The notes under the pieces were generated by a model, which saw only the letters and a list, made by a program, of their open reading frames with translations, did no database searches and was not told the DNA's origin. DNA of 64,000 bases from positions 520,008 through 584,007 of the forward strand of contig JBFWNU010000001.1 of the NCBI GenBank assembly GCA_050250895.1. Reading direction: 5' to 3'. Of this stretch, positions 41,203 to 50,515 are shown piece by piece. Both the position numbers and the translations under genes were made by a program. The stretch is from Vulcanimicrobiota bacterium (GTDB taxonomy: Bacteria > Vulcanimicrobiota > Xenobia > Xenobiales > JADMJV01). The first letter of the stretch is position 1. Each line of letters starts with the position of its first letter.

Positions 41203-41221
41203 ATTCAACTGGAGGTGAACT

Positions 41222-41893
41222 ATGCTCGTACCCGGTATTGACAAGGTAACCAGGCGCCTGGGCGAAGAGTTCTGGCGGCTCGACCAGTTGGCCAACAACC
41301 AGGCCAACGCCGACACACCCGGCTTTCAAGCCACGATGAGCGGCCTGCGGGCCGGCAAGCTCGAACAGTGGCGCGACGCTCGGGCGGGCTCGCAGACGGT
41401 CACCGAGCGCCAGCTCGACCTGGGACTGCCCGAGGGTTCTTATCTACAGGTTAAAAGCCAGGGGGTGACCTTCTTCACCCGCCGCGGAGACCTGAAGATG
41501 GACCAGGACGGCTTTCTTACCACCGGCTCCGGCGAACAGGTCCTGGACGCCACCGGCAACCCCATCAAGATAGAGAAGATGGACAGTACCCGCATCGCCG
41601 AAGATGGCAGCGTCAGCGTGGACGGAAAATCGATAGGCCGCATTCCTCGCTACACGGTCAGCGCCGTCAATGAGAAGGGTGGAGTTCTGTTCACGCCGGC
41701 GCCCAACGCCGACATCACCGAGGACATTCGCCCCATCTCCGCTGGCAGCCTCGAGCGCTCCAACGTGGAGGTAGCCGATAGCATGGCGGAACTGGTGGCC
41801 ACCATGAATCGGGCCAGGGTCTTTCAAACCACCGCCAGCTTGCAAGATTCGACCGTGGAACGGGCCTTACGAGAAATGACCGGCGGCCGATAG
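41222..41893 (+). CDS. flgF: flagellar rod protein FlgF-like
   Basis: LANNQANADTPGF, FTRRG, LERSNV. Confidence 0.8.
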   Translation: MLVPGIDKVTRRLGEEFWRLDQLANNQANADTPGFQATMSGLRAGKLEQWRDARAGSQTVTERQLDLGLPEGSYLQVKSQGVTFFTRRGDLKMDQDGFLTTGSGEQVLDATGNPIKIEKMDSTRIAEDGSVSVDGKSIGRIPRYTVSAVNEKGGVLFTPAPNADITEDIRPISAGSLERSNVEVADSMAELVATMNRARVFQTTASLQDSTVERALREMTGGR

Positions 41894-41911
41894 AGTGCTC
41901 GGAGGATTACT

Positions 41912-42697
41912 ATGATTCGTGCACTTCGCACCGCTGCCACCGGCATGCGGGCCCAGCAGATGAACGTGGACACCATCGCCAACAACCTGTCCAACGTCAA
42001 CACCACCGGGTTCAAGCGGACCCGCATGGACTTTCAAGATCTCTTCTATCAGGGGCTGCGCGCGGCCGGTTCGCCAACGGCCGATCGCCAGTTGCCCACC
42101 GGGCTCGAAGTCGGCCTTGGCGTGCGCGCCGCGGCCACCCAGAAGATTTTCGTTCAGGGCACCTTCGAGCAAACCGACAACCCTCTCGACCTCGCCATCG
42201 AGGGACAGGGCTTCTTCCAGGTCACCATGCCGGACGGCACCGTCGCCTTCACCCGCGACGGCTCGTTCAAGCGTGACGCCGAGGGCACCATGGTGACCTC
42301 GGACGGCTATGCTCTCGAGCCCAGCATCGTCATCCCGCCCGATGCGACCAGCGTCACCATTTCGTCGGACGGCACCGTGTCGGCTCAGGTGGCCGGCCAG
42401 CAGGACGCCCAGGTGCTGGGAGAGATCAACCTGGCCAGCTTCAGTAATCCGGCCGGCTTGCACTCGATGGGCAAGAACCTATACGCCCGCACCCCCGCCA
42501 GCGGCGAGCCGGTGGTCAACCCGCCGGGAACCGCCGGATTTGGCACTGTCTCGCAAGGCTTTCTCGAAAAGTCCAACGTAGATGTCGTGGAAGAGATGGT
42601 CAACATGATCGCCGCCCAGCGCGCCTACGAGATCAACTCGCGGGTCATCCAGGGCGCCGACCAGATGCTCGAAGTCGCCAGCGGACTGGTCCGATGA
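41912..42697 (+). CDS. flgG: distal rod protein FlgG
   Basis: IANNLSNVNTTGFK, FQDLFYQ, VEEMVNMIAAQRAYEINS. Confidence 0.96.
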   Translation: MIRALRTAATGMRAQQMNVDTIANNLSNVNTTGFKRTRMDFQDLFYQGLRAAGSPTADRQLPTGLEVGLGVRAAATQKIFVQGTFEQTDNPLDLAIEGQGFFQVTMPDGTVAFTRDGSFKRDAEGTMVTSDGYALEPSIVIPPDATSVTISSDGTVSAQVAGQQDAQVLGEINLASFSNPAGLHSMGKNLYARTPASGEPVVNPPGTAGFGTVSQGFLEKSNVDVVEEMVNMIAAQRAYEINSRVIQGADQMLEVASGLVR

Positions 42698-43374
42698 GAA
42701 ATCTGATCCTCGTGCTGATGGCCCTGAGCGGGGTCTGCTTGGCCGCGCCCACCTGGCTGGAGGGTGAAAAAGTGCTCGCCCAGGCCTACCAGGCCCTGGG
42801 CGAAAGGCCCGAGACGCTGACGGTGGTTTATCGACCGGGTGGTACTCAGGTCGCCGCCGGCAAACTGCACTGGAATACCTCGGTGCTAGAATCGGGCGAG
42901 ATGCCGCGAGTGCGGGTCGAGGCCACCGTGGACGGTCGCAGCGCCCACGTCTGGACGGTGGTCTTTCGCCGCCGCCAGATGGTCGACTGTCTGGTGGCCG
43001 CCCACGACCTTCCTCCCGGTCAACTCGTCACCAAAGACGACATCAAGGTGGTTCACGCCCCCTTCGACGGACCCGGTCGCCCGCTGGGTGACCCCGACGA
43101 ACTGCTGGGCCGCCAAACTCGACGCTACCTGCCCGCCGGCACCGTGCTCGAAAAGCGCGATCTGGTGGTCCGCCCCATCATCGAGCGGGGCCAACGCGTC
43201 GTCGTTACTCACAACAGCGACGGCATGGTCTTGACCATCGAGGGCAAGGCCACCCGTCCGGGCTATCCCGGGCGCATCCTGCCCATCAAGACCGCCGCCG
43301 GCACCACCGTCAAGGTGTGGCTCGACTATGAGGGCAACGTGCGCGAACTTTCTGATTCGGGAGCAAGGGAATGA
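42694..43374 (+). CDS. flgA: P-ring assembly protein FlgA
   Basis: Signal peptide, SAF-like domain, PIIERGQRV; follows flgG. Confidence 0.8.
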   Translation: MRNLILVLMALSGVCLAAPTWLEGEKVLAQAYQALGERPETLTVVYRPGGTQVAAGKLHWNTSVLESGEMPRVRVEATVDGRSAHVWTVVFRRRQMVDCLVAAHDLPPGQLVTKDDIKVVHAPFDGPGRPLGDPDELLGRQTRRYLPAGTVLEKRDLVVRPIIERGQRVVVTHNSDGMVLTIEGKATRPGYPGRILPIKTAAGTTVKVWLDYEGNVRELSDSGARE

Positions 43375-43925
43375 ATCTCCTCAAGGCAATGCTACTAATA
43401 GCCCTGCTCACTACGGGAGCGTGGGCCGACTCGCTCCTGCCCGAAGGCCACCCTGACCTCTACAAGGCGGTGTGCCTGCAGGCCGGAGACCTGGTCACCA
43501 TCGTGATCACCGATCGCGTCACGACCACCCAGTCGGTCGACCTCAAGTCGCAGGACAAATCCCAAGCGGGAGGACCCCTGGTGCAACTACTATCCGCCGC
43601 CATTCTCGGCATCGCGCCCCAACACGAAGACTCGGCCGACCGCAAGGAAGCGGCCAGCTCGGTCAGCCAGTTCCAAGATACGGTCACGGCCACCGTCACC
43701 GAGGTCAAAGGAAATGTCCTGACCCTGCAGGCCAGCCGGGTGGTTCAGCTCGATGGCAAGACGCGCACCCTGACCCTGCAGGGCCAGGTTCGCAACCAGG
43801 ATGTCAACCCCGATAACACCGTCTCGTCGTCGCTTTTGGCCAACTCGGTGGTCAAGGTCGACGGCCTGCACCAGAGCCCGGTGGAGCCGGGCATCCTTAC
43901 CAGAATCCTGCGGGTACTCTTCTGA
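43371..43925 (+). CDS. flgH: L-ring protein FlgH
   Basis: GDLVTIVI, TATVTEV.GN.L, G.VR.QDV..DNTVSS. Confidence 0.85.
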   Translation: MNLLKAMLLIALLTTGAWADSLLPEGHPDLYKAVCLQAGDLVTIVITDRVTTTQSVDLKSQDKSQAGGPLVQLLSAAILGIAPQHEDSADRKEAASSVSQFQDTVTATVTEVKGNVLTLQASRVVQLDGKTRTLTLQGQVRNQDVNPDNTVSSSLLANSVVKVDGLHQSPVEPGILTRILRVLF

Positions 43926-44926
43926 TGCGGCTGGTGCTGTTGATGCTCGTGGCCCTGCTGACACCGGCCCTGGCTCAGGAGCCCCCGGCCAGCGCCTGGA
44001 CGATCCACGATCCGATCCCTCGCGGCCAGCGCCTCAAGGATATCGCTCGGCCGGCCGGCCTCAACAACCATAGCCTGACTGGCTATGGCCTGGTGGTAGG
44101 CCTGCCCGGCACGGGCGATTCGTCGATGTCGCTGAGTTCGCCGATGATGACCAACATGCTCAAGCGCCTGGGTCTCGACGCCGGGCCTGGCGCCGTCACC
44201 GGCCTGAAAAGCAAAAACGTAGCCGTGGTTGCGGTCACGGCCGCGCTGCCGGCCGTGGTTCGCTCGGGCGACCCCATCCATGTCGAAGTGGCCTCGATGG
44301 GAGACGCCAAGGATCTTACCGGCGGCGTGCTCTTGCAGTCGTTGTTGACCGGCCCCGATGGCCAGGTCTACGGAGCCGCCCAGGGCAAGGTGAGCGGTGG
44401 CTCGGACCCCGGCAAGAAGGGCCCTGTCACCGGCCGCATCGAGATGGGCGGCACCGTCAGCCGCGAACTGACCAGCCCGGCCCTCTCGCGCCCCCGCCTG
44501 ATTCTCGAACTGCATAAGCCCGATTACTCGACCGCCCAGAAAGTCGCCGACGCCATCTCGTTGCGCCTGTCGGTGACGGCCCGGCCGCTCTCTGACTCGA
44601 TGGTCGAGGTCAACCTGGAGGGAACCGGGTTGACCGTCGTCGGGGCCCTGGCCCAGATGGAAGACATCACCGTCGAACCCGACCGTCGCGCCACCATCGT
44701 GGTCGACCGCCGCAGTGGAGTGGTGGTGGTCGGCTCGACCAGCCACATTCGTCAAGCTTTGATCAACCATAAGGGAATCACCGTCGACATCGGGCCGCAA
44801 GGCGTCCCGCTGAAGTCGGTGCTCGACTCGCTATCCAAAGCGGGTGCCGGACCCGACGATGTCGTGGCCGTGCTCGAAGCCCTGCACCAGGCCGGCGCTC
44901 TGCCCGGCGAGATCGAATATCGTTAG
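43925..44926 (+). CDS. flgI: P-ring protein FlgI
   Basis: RLKDI, LTGYGLVVGLPGTGD, KNVAVVAVTA, GDAKDL.GG.LL, AGAL. Confidence 0.93.
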   Translation: MRLVLLMLVALLTPALAQEPPASAWTIHDPIPRGQRLKDIARPAGLNNHSLTGYGLVVGLPGTGDSSMSLSSPMMTNMLKRLGLDAGPGAVTGLKSKNVAVVAVTAALPAVVRSGDPIHVEVASMGDAKDLTGGVLLQSLLTGPDGQVYGAAQGKVSGGSDPGKKGPVTGRIEMGGTVSRELTSPALSRPRLILELHKPDYSTAQKVADAISLRLSVTARPLSDSMVEVNLEGTGLTVVGALAQMEDITVEPDRRATIVVDRRSGVVVVGSTSHIRQALINHKGITVDIGPQGVPLKSVLDSLSKAGAGPDDVVAVLEALHQAGALPGEIEYR

Positions 44927-44934
44927 GAGGCCCC

Positions 44935-45789
44935 ATGCGGACCGACATGGACATTCGGAGCTTAGGAACTTTAGCTCCCAGGGCGACTCCCGTCCCCATC
45001 GTGCCGAGCGAGAGCTTTCGCTCGATGCTGGCCCGCACATGCACCCTGGCCACTCCTGGGGTCGAGGCCGAAGCGCCCCAGCCGACCCGAGTCGAGTTGC
45101 CCGAGGTCGAGCCGTTCGAGGGCCTCAAACGCGGCGCCCGCGGGGCCGATGTCAGTCGGGTCCAAAAGGTGCTGGCCAAGTGGAACGACAAACTCGGGGT
45201 CAAAGACACGGGTCGCTACGACGAGGCCACCCAGAAAGCGCTGACTCTCTACAAAGCCATCTATGGAGGCCAGGGTGGAGGAGCCGAGATCGACAACAAG
45301 ACCGCCGGCTATCTTCGCCAGATGGAGGATGGCTCGTTCTGGGACAACCCCCCCGAGAAGACTCCGGCCCAATCGATGCTCTACCACGCCTCGCGCCAAC
45401 TGGGAGTCCCCTACCGCCTGGGCGGCGACGGCAAATCCAGCACCGACTGCGGCATGCTGACCTCGTCGGCCCTGCGCCAGGCCGGTGTCGACGACACCCC
45501 CAGCCGACTGGCCGACCTGCAGTATCTGGCCGCTCGCCAAAATCAGGGCGGATTGTCCTTCCGACGCCAACACCCCGAATCAGGCGACCTGGTCTTTTTC
45601 AACGTGCCCACCCGCCAGAGTCACCTGGCTTACAACGGAGTGACCCACGTGGGAATGTACGTTGGCGACGGCCTGATGCTGGCTGCCTCGTCCTCGGCCG
45701 GCAAGGTGGTCATGCAACCCGTCAACCAGCTCGGTGACTACGTGGCCGGCTACGGCCGCCCGGAAGGCCCGGCCCTGGCCAGCTTCTAG
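44935..45789 (+). CDS. peptidoglycan-binding plus NlpC/P60 hydrolase
   Basis: LKRGARGADV..VQ, LGVPYRLGG, DCG, GDLVFF, THVGMYVG. Confidence 0.9.
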   Translation: MRTDMDIRSLGTLAPRATPVPIVPSESFRSMLARTCTLATPGVEAEAPQPTRVELPEVEPFEGLKRGARGADVSRVQKVLAKWNDKLGVKDTGRYDEATQKALTLYKAIYGGQGGGAEIDNKTAGYLRQMEDGSFWDNPPEKTPAQSMLYHASRQLGVPYRLGGDGKSSTDCGMLTSSALRQAGVDDTPSRLADLQYLAARQNQGGLSFRRQHPESGDLVFFNVPTRQSHLAYNGVTHVGMYVGDGLMLAASSSAGKVVMQPVNQLGDYVAGYGRPEGPALASF

Positions 45790-46796
45790 TTAACCCAGTC
45801 GAGGCCTTCGGCCAGGCTGTCGCTCCCCTGTCCCATTGCCTGGTTGCGTTGGGCCTCGGTGATGCCCACCAGCCAGAGCAGATTGATCGGATCGCCGCGA
45901 AAACCCGGCATCGCGATGTCTGGACCGGCCTTACAAAGCAACACCGCCGGCTTACCCGCAAGCCCGGTAAAAGGCACGGTGTGTCCCTGTCCAAACCAGG
46001 TCATCAATCCCCACGGATAGCGAGCCAACCCACTCAGCTGGCGGGCCAACGCCTCGGTGTCGTGGCCCCTGAGAGCGATGGCCAACTCGACCCGCCGGTG
46101 ACCCACCGGGTCCTCGAGAGCCATCTCGACCCCGGGCATAGGCCTCACGCTCATGCCCACCGTGGCCAGCACGGTCACGCCATCGCCGGTCGATAGCTGC
46201 ACCACGCCCATCGGCGGCCATCCTCCACTGTCGATGGAGTAGTAGTTGGTCTGGGTTCCCAGGCTCTGATAGGCTTTCAACAAACTATCCTGATAGCCGG
46301 GCCAGAACATCTTGCCGGGAGGCTGATGCCAGCTGGCCCAGTATTCGCGAGCTCGCTCGATGCGCTCGAGCATGTCCTCGCCCTCGGGCAGCGGCCAGCA
46401 GAGCGGCGAGTCGGCGATGCAGTCGCGGGCATAGCCGGCAAAGCCCTGAATACCGCTCCAGCCGGGAATGATCGCCAGCAGCTGATCGCGCTCGAACAGG
46501 GCCACCCCGTCACCCTCTTCAAACCAGACCACGCTCAGGCTCTTAGGATCGATGGGCGCCCCGCCCTGAGGATGACCGCAGCATTCGGCCGGCAAGGCCG
46601 GCGGGCGCCCCCGCCCGTCGAGGGCCACCGTCTTGGGGGCGGCCTTGAGATTGCGCACCCAGCACGCCTTCATGCCGAAGGTCTTGCCCTCGGTCAACTC
46701 TTGCAGATAGAGATACACGACGCCGTCGGTAGCGTCGACCACTGCCCCCAGTCGGCCATCCATGGAACGCTCGGTGAATAGAATCGTATCAGCCAT
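45786..46796 (-). CDS. suppressor-of-fused (SUFU) domain protein
   Basis: TVGMS.RPMP.VE, RVELAI, LARYPW..TWFG.GHTVP, LWLV.IT. Confidence 0.78.
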   Translation of the reverse strand: MADTILFTERSMDGRLGAVVDATDGVVYLYLQELTEGKTFGMKACWVRNLKAAPKTVALDGRGRPPALPAECCGHPQGGAPIDPKSLSVVWFEEGDGVALFERDQLLAIIPGWSGIQGFAGYARDCIADSPLCWPLPEGEDMLERIERAREYWASWHQPPGKMFWPGYQDSLLKAYQSLGTQTNYYSIDSGGWPPMGVVQLSTGDGVTVLATVGMSVRPMPGVEMALEDPVGHRRVELAIALRGHDTEALARQLSGLARYPWGLMTWFGQGHTVPFTGLAGKPAVLLCKAGPDIAMPGFRGDPINLLWLVGITEAQRNQAMGQGSDSLAEGLDWVN

Positions 46797-46915
46797 CGCG
46801 GGCGTTTCGCCTCGCCCAGGCTTTTTCCCCGGGCTAGAGCCCGAAAAGCCGCTGGGGGAGCCCGCGGCCACGAGGTCTTTGTTTCCGGCCCGAAGAAGTG
46901 CCCTATCGCAAGTCT

Positions 46916-47698
46916 ATGTGCATTTTCACCGGCGAAGTCGAGGCCGTCAGCAATACGAGCATCTTCGCCCGGGTCAACCCGGCGAAAGAGCAGTATCTGG
47001 CCTACGAGATGGCGGCGACGCTGCCTGAGGAGATGGCCATGGTCCTACCGCTGCCTACCGCTGGTCCTCGCGATGTCGCCGTGACGTTCATCGATTTAAG
47101 CGGCTGTCCCGACCTTTTCACCTGGCTTCGCGAGGCGTTCGAGCCAGCCTCGCTCGGGTTCGATCTCGATGAGGCGAGCGGCTCGCTCTCGCTCGACCTT
47201 CTTCCCGTCGTCGATGTCGGAAGCTTCGAGGCGTCGTACGTCCCTCAACTCAAGGACTTCGAGAGGCTCGACCCTCGTTTCCGGCTAGACGCCACGGTGT
47301 GGGCTCAGCTTCCCGACTACGCCGACTATGGCTTCGCGGTGTTCAAGCTCAAAGCCGGCAACCTCGAAGTGCATCCCATGGGGCTCAAGTTCACGACTCG
47401 ATTTCCGGATCATGCCTTTTTTCCGACGGTGCATGTGCACCACCGCACGGTCCCCGAGCGAGAGACCTTCGATCACGAGCTCTACCTGCAGTCCGAGGGG
47501 GAGGCAGGGAACGAAGGATGGAGTGGCTTTCTAGAGTCGCCCGGCCCCCTCGGCCAGATTGTTCCTGAGGGTCACGACACCGGTGGGATGATCAATCCGT
47601 CGCGATTCGGATTTCGCAGGGTCATGAAAGGTATCTTCCCCAACCAGGATGTCCTGGTCCCGATTTCCCCCGTGCCCGACTTCATCGCCCGAAGCTAA
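46916..47698 (+). CDS. hypothetical protein
   Basis: Long open frame with coding-like codon use; MCIF..AMVLPLP, FFPTVHVH, FDHELY; no family recognised. Confidence 0.7.
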   Translation: MCIFTGEVEAVSNTSIFARVNPAKEQYLAYEMAATLPEEMAMVLPLPTAGPRDVAVTFIDLSGCPDLFTWLREAFEPASLGFDLDEASGSLSLDLLPVVDVGSFEASYVPQLKDFERLDPRFRLDATVWAQLPDYADYGFAVFKLKAGNLEVHPMGLKFTTRFPDHAFFPTVHVHHRTVPERETFDHELYLQSEGEAGNEGWSGFLESPGPLGQIVPEGHDTGGMINPSRFGFRRVMKGIFPNQDVLVPISPVPDFIARS

Positions 47699-47706
47699 GC
47701 CCAGCT

Positions 47707-48855
47707 TTAGTCCTCGGCCACGAAGCCGGGCCCGCACATGCGCACCATCCGGGGCCAGAATCGTCCCAATCGGTCGAGCACCGGGCCGTGGGCGGTGACC
47801 ACCGACTCGATGTCGCGATAGACGGCCGGCCACTCGTCGCTGGCCGACTGCAGCACACGAACTCGTCCTAGCGAGGCGGCCACAGCCCGACCGCGGTAGG
47901 CCCGGTGGGCGGTGGCGCGGCTAAGCAACCGACCCGCCCCGTGGGCAGCCGAAAACAGCAGTTGCGGGTCGTCGCGGCCCCGGACTAGATAGGTCGGCGC
48001 CGTCATCGAACCGGCGATCAAGCCCAGCTCGCCTGGTCCCAGCCGAATCGCTCCCTTGCGGTGGACGACCACTCGCTCGCCCTGGTAATCTTCGAGGCTG
48101 GCGAAGTTGTGTGGACAAGACAAACCAAAGATCGCGCTCAAGCCCAGGCTTTGAGTGATGCGCTGGTGCAGCCAGCGGTGGCTCGCTTCAGAATACGCCA
48201 GACAAACCGCGGCCGCGCGCCAGAAGGGTTCGTAATCGGCCGAGTCCTGTGAGAGCCAGGCCCATTCACGCAACTCGGGGGGCAGGCGCGGGCTCTGCTG
48301 ACGGGCTAACCGGTGATAGTGGCGGGCCAAACCGCCGCGCGGAAGCAGGGCCGGGAATTTGAGTCGCGAGGCGCCTCTCTGCCAAGAAGCGCCGAACGCA
48401 TAATACCGAGCTGTATTTGAGAGAGGCGCGACGCCGGCAGAGAGGATGGATCGCGGCTCAAAAATTGGCAATGCTTTCGTGCGGCGGTTTCAGTCCAGGC
48501 CAAGGCCGCGGCTGCCGCTGTGGGTGAGCAGCGCCTGGTAGCGCCGGGCGGGGCTAAGACCCCCCACCGCCTCGAGGGGCTCGAACAGACCGAAGTCGAC
48601 GAAGTGATTGCCCGTGCCGCTCGAGCCGAACCACTGGCGAGCCAACCCGAGCAGGCCGGCCAAGATTGGCGGGCCCAATCCGGCTCATCAAAGAGGGGCA
48701 CTGCGGCGGGCTCGGCAAAGAACTCGTCACCAAAGCGTGTGTCGCTATTCAGGCACGAGCGGATCTGGTCGAGGCGGGCGCGGTCCGAAAAGACGGTCAA
48801 GCTGATTCGACAGCCCAGGTCGCGACCCATGGCCCTGGGAATGACCGCTCCATTT
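47707..48855 (-). pseudogene. rtcB: RtcB RNA ligase pseudogene
   Basis: AVIP.AMG.DLGC, GSSGTGNHFVDF, THSGSRGLG, HNFA, VHRKGA, GSM, SAAHGAGR; frameshift near 48670, insertion with TGA, 5' end missing. Confidence 0.85.
48329..48490. mobile_element. 162-bp palindromic MITE-like insertion in rtcB
   Basis: 19-bp terminal inverted repeats (17/19) AAACCGCCGC...GCGGCGGTTT plus nested internal inverted repeats; interrupts otherwise colinear RtcB motifs. Confidence 0.75.
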
Positions 48856-48949
48856 TACACTTTGTTCACATCTCGGGATGCCTGAACACATGGGTCACAC
48901 TGCTGGCGAGTAACCTGGGCTGGCAGGACAACTTAAGGAGCACACCACG

Positions 48950-50515
48950 ATGACCACAAGCAACGCATTTGGCACCTTCAACAGCACAGCAATCGGGGGA
49001 TTCGCCCAGGCCGCCCATCTTCACAACGCCAGCCAATGGGGAACGCCAGCCCCGCTCGCGTCCCCGATGTCAGAGATCCTCCCGGTGCTGGAACTTATGG
49101 TCACCGCATTGGCCCAGATGCAGCAGGGCTGGGGAGGCCTGGCTGCGCCCGCCTCCGCCCAATCCCCCGTGTCCAACTCTGGTATCCAGGCCTATGCCTC
49201 ACCTGTGGCCGACTTGCAGCGTTACATCGACGCCGTCGACAACTCGGGGGGCGTCAACAGCCAGCGGCTGGGCGTCGGCCAGGTGGGCGAATACGAGGCC
49301 CGTTCCAGTCTCGTTAACGGCTACGCTTCCGAGTTCTACGCCGGCGGGCGCGTCACCGACGTCAACACCCTCAGTCAGCACCAGAGCACGCTCTACCGCG
49401 ACCTGTCCGGCCAGAGTGGCGCCAACGCCCAACAGGCGGCGACCTTCGCTCTGGTGGCCAGTCGTTTTAAGAATGCCAACGGAAACTATAGCAAGCGGGA
49501 ACTGGTCCGCCTCTTGAAGGCCACCGGCAACCAGGACCTGGTATCCTCAGGCGTGGGCACCGCTGACGTCCAGACCCTGAGCGCGGTGACCGCGGCGCTC
49601 AAGCGCGGGACGCTGAGCCTGAGCCAGATCTACGACCCCCAGACCGGCCAGGACGCGCTCGGTCGTCACTCCATCGAGATCGCCGACAATGACCTCTACG
49701 ACCGGGCCATCCAGGCCGTCACTCAGAATCCACCCAACCTGGGCACCTCCATCACCAAGCAAGAAGCCGGCGCCGCTCGTCCCGACCTGTTGACCTATCT
49801 GGGCGGCTCCGCTCAGGGAATCGGGGGCACCGGCAACGCGGGCAACGCTGGCAACGCGGGTAACGCCGGTAATGCTGGGAACGCCGGCAACGCGGGTAAT
49901 GCGGGTAACGCCGGGAATGCTGGCAACACGGGCAACGCCGGGCCCCTGAGCCGCCTCGGTAACGCGGCCATCTCGCTGGGGGACCTGGCCAGCGATACCG
50001 TCAGCGACCTGGTTCTGGGCGTGGGGGGCAAGGCGCAGGAAGCCGTGGGCCTGGTCGGGGATCTCCTCCACGGCGACGTAGGGGGTGCGCTCACGGGCGC
50101 CGTGAGCCTGGTGACCGACACCGTCGGACAAGCCGCCACGCTGCTGGGCGGCAAGATCAACAACGCCCTGGGCATCGTCTGCGAGCTGATTCACCCCGGC
50201 AAGCACCACCCTGGCACCAAGAAGGCCACCCCACCCGTCGCCTACGCCCCCGCGCCTAACGCCTATGGGGCGACGAGCTATGGCTATGCGAGCGCTCCCA
50301 GCCCCACCACTTCAACCCCTGCCGAGGCCGCCGCCGTGCAGTCACTGGTGTGCCTCGTGCAAACGCTGAGCGGCCAATACCTCGGGGCCGCCCCCTACGG
50401 CTTGTATCAACCGGCTCCCGCCTACTCACCGACCAGCGCCGGCGGGACCAGCTACGCCGCGCCCGCTTCGGTCAGCTGGGGCCAGGCTTCTCAGCTGGTT
50501 GGGGGTGCCTACTAG
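48950..50515 (+). CDS. hypothetical Gly/Ala-rich protein with a 12-unit GNA tract
   Basis: AAGGAG RBS, 521-aa frame, GNA repeat at 49832-49939 with varied synonymous codons. Confidence 0.8.
   Translation: MTTSNAFGTFNSTAIGGFAQAAHLHNASQWGTPAPLASPMSEILPVLELMVTALAQMQQGWGGLAAPASAQSPVSNSGIQAYASPVADLQRYIDAVDNSGGVNSQRLGVGQVGEYEARSSLVNGYASEFYAGGRVTDVNTLSQHQSTLYRDLSGQSGANAQQAATFALVASRFKNANGNYSKRELVRLLKATGNQDLVSSGVGTADVQTLSAVTAALKRGTLSLSQIYDPQTGQDALGRHSIEIADNDLYDRAIQAVTQNPPNLGTSITKQEAGAARPDLLTYLGGSAQGIGGTGNAGNAGNAGNAGNAGNAGNAGNAGNAGNAGNTGNAGPLSRLGNAAISLGDLASDTVSDLVLGVGGKAQEAVGLVGDLLHGDVGGALTGAVSLVTDTVGQAATLLGGKINNALGIVCELIHPGKHHPGTKKATPPVAYAPAPNAYGATSYGYASAPSPTTSTPAEAAAVQSLVCLVQTLSGQYLGAAPYGLYQPAPAYSPTSAGGTSYAAPASVSWGQASQLVGGAY

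Noticed and set aside
48490-48492. Selenocysteine or readthrough TGA in rtcB
   Set aside because: The codon is formed by the insertion junction at a non-catalytic position, and the gene has other lesions
48325-48494. Integron attC site
   Set aside because: AAC...GTT ends are present, but GTTTCAG and GTTTGGC fit GTTRRRY poorly, there are no extrahelical bases, the element is long and no integrase is nearby
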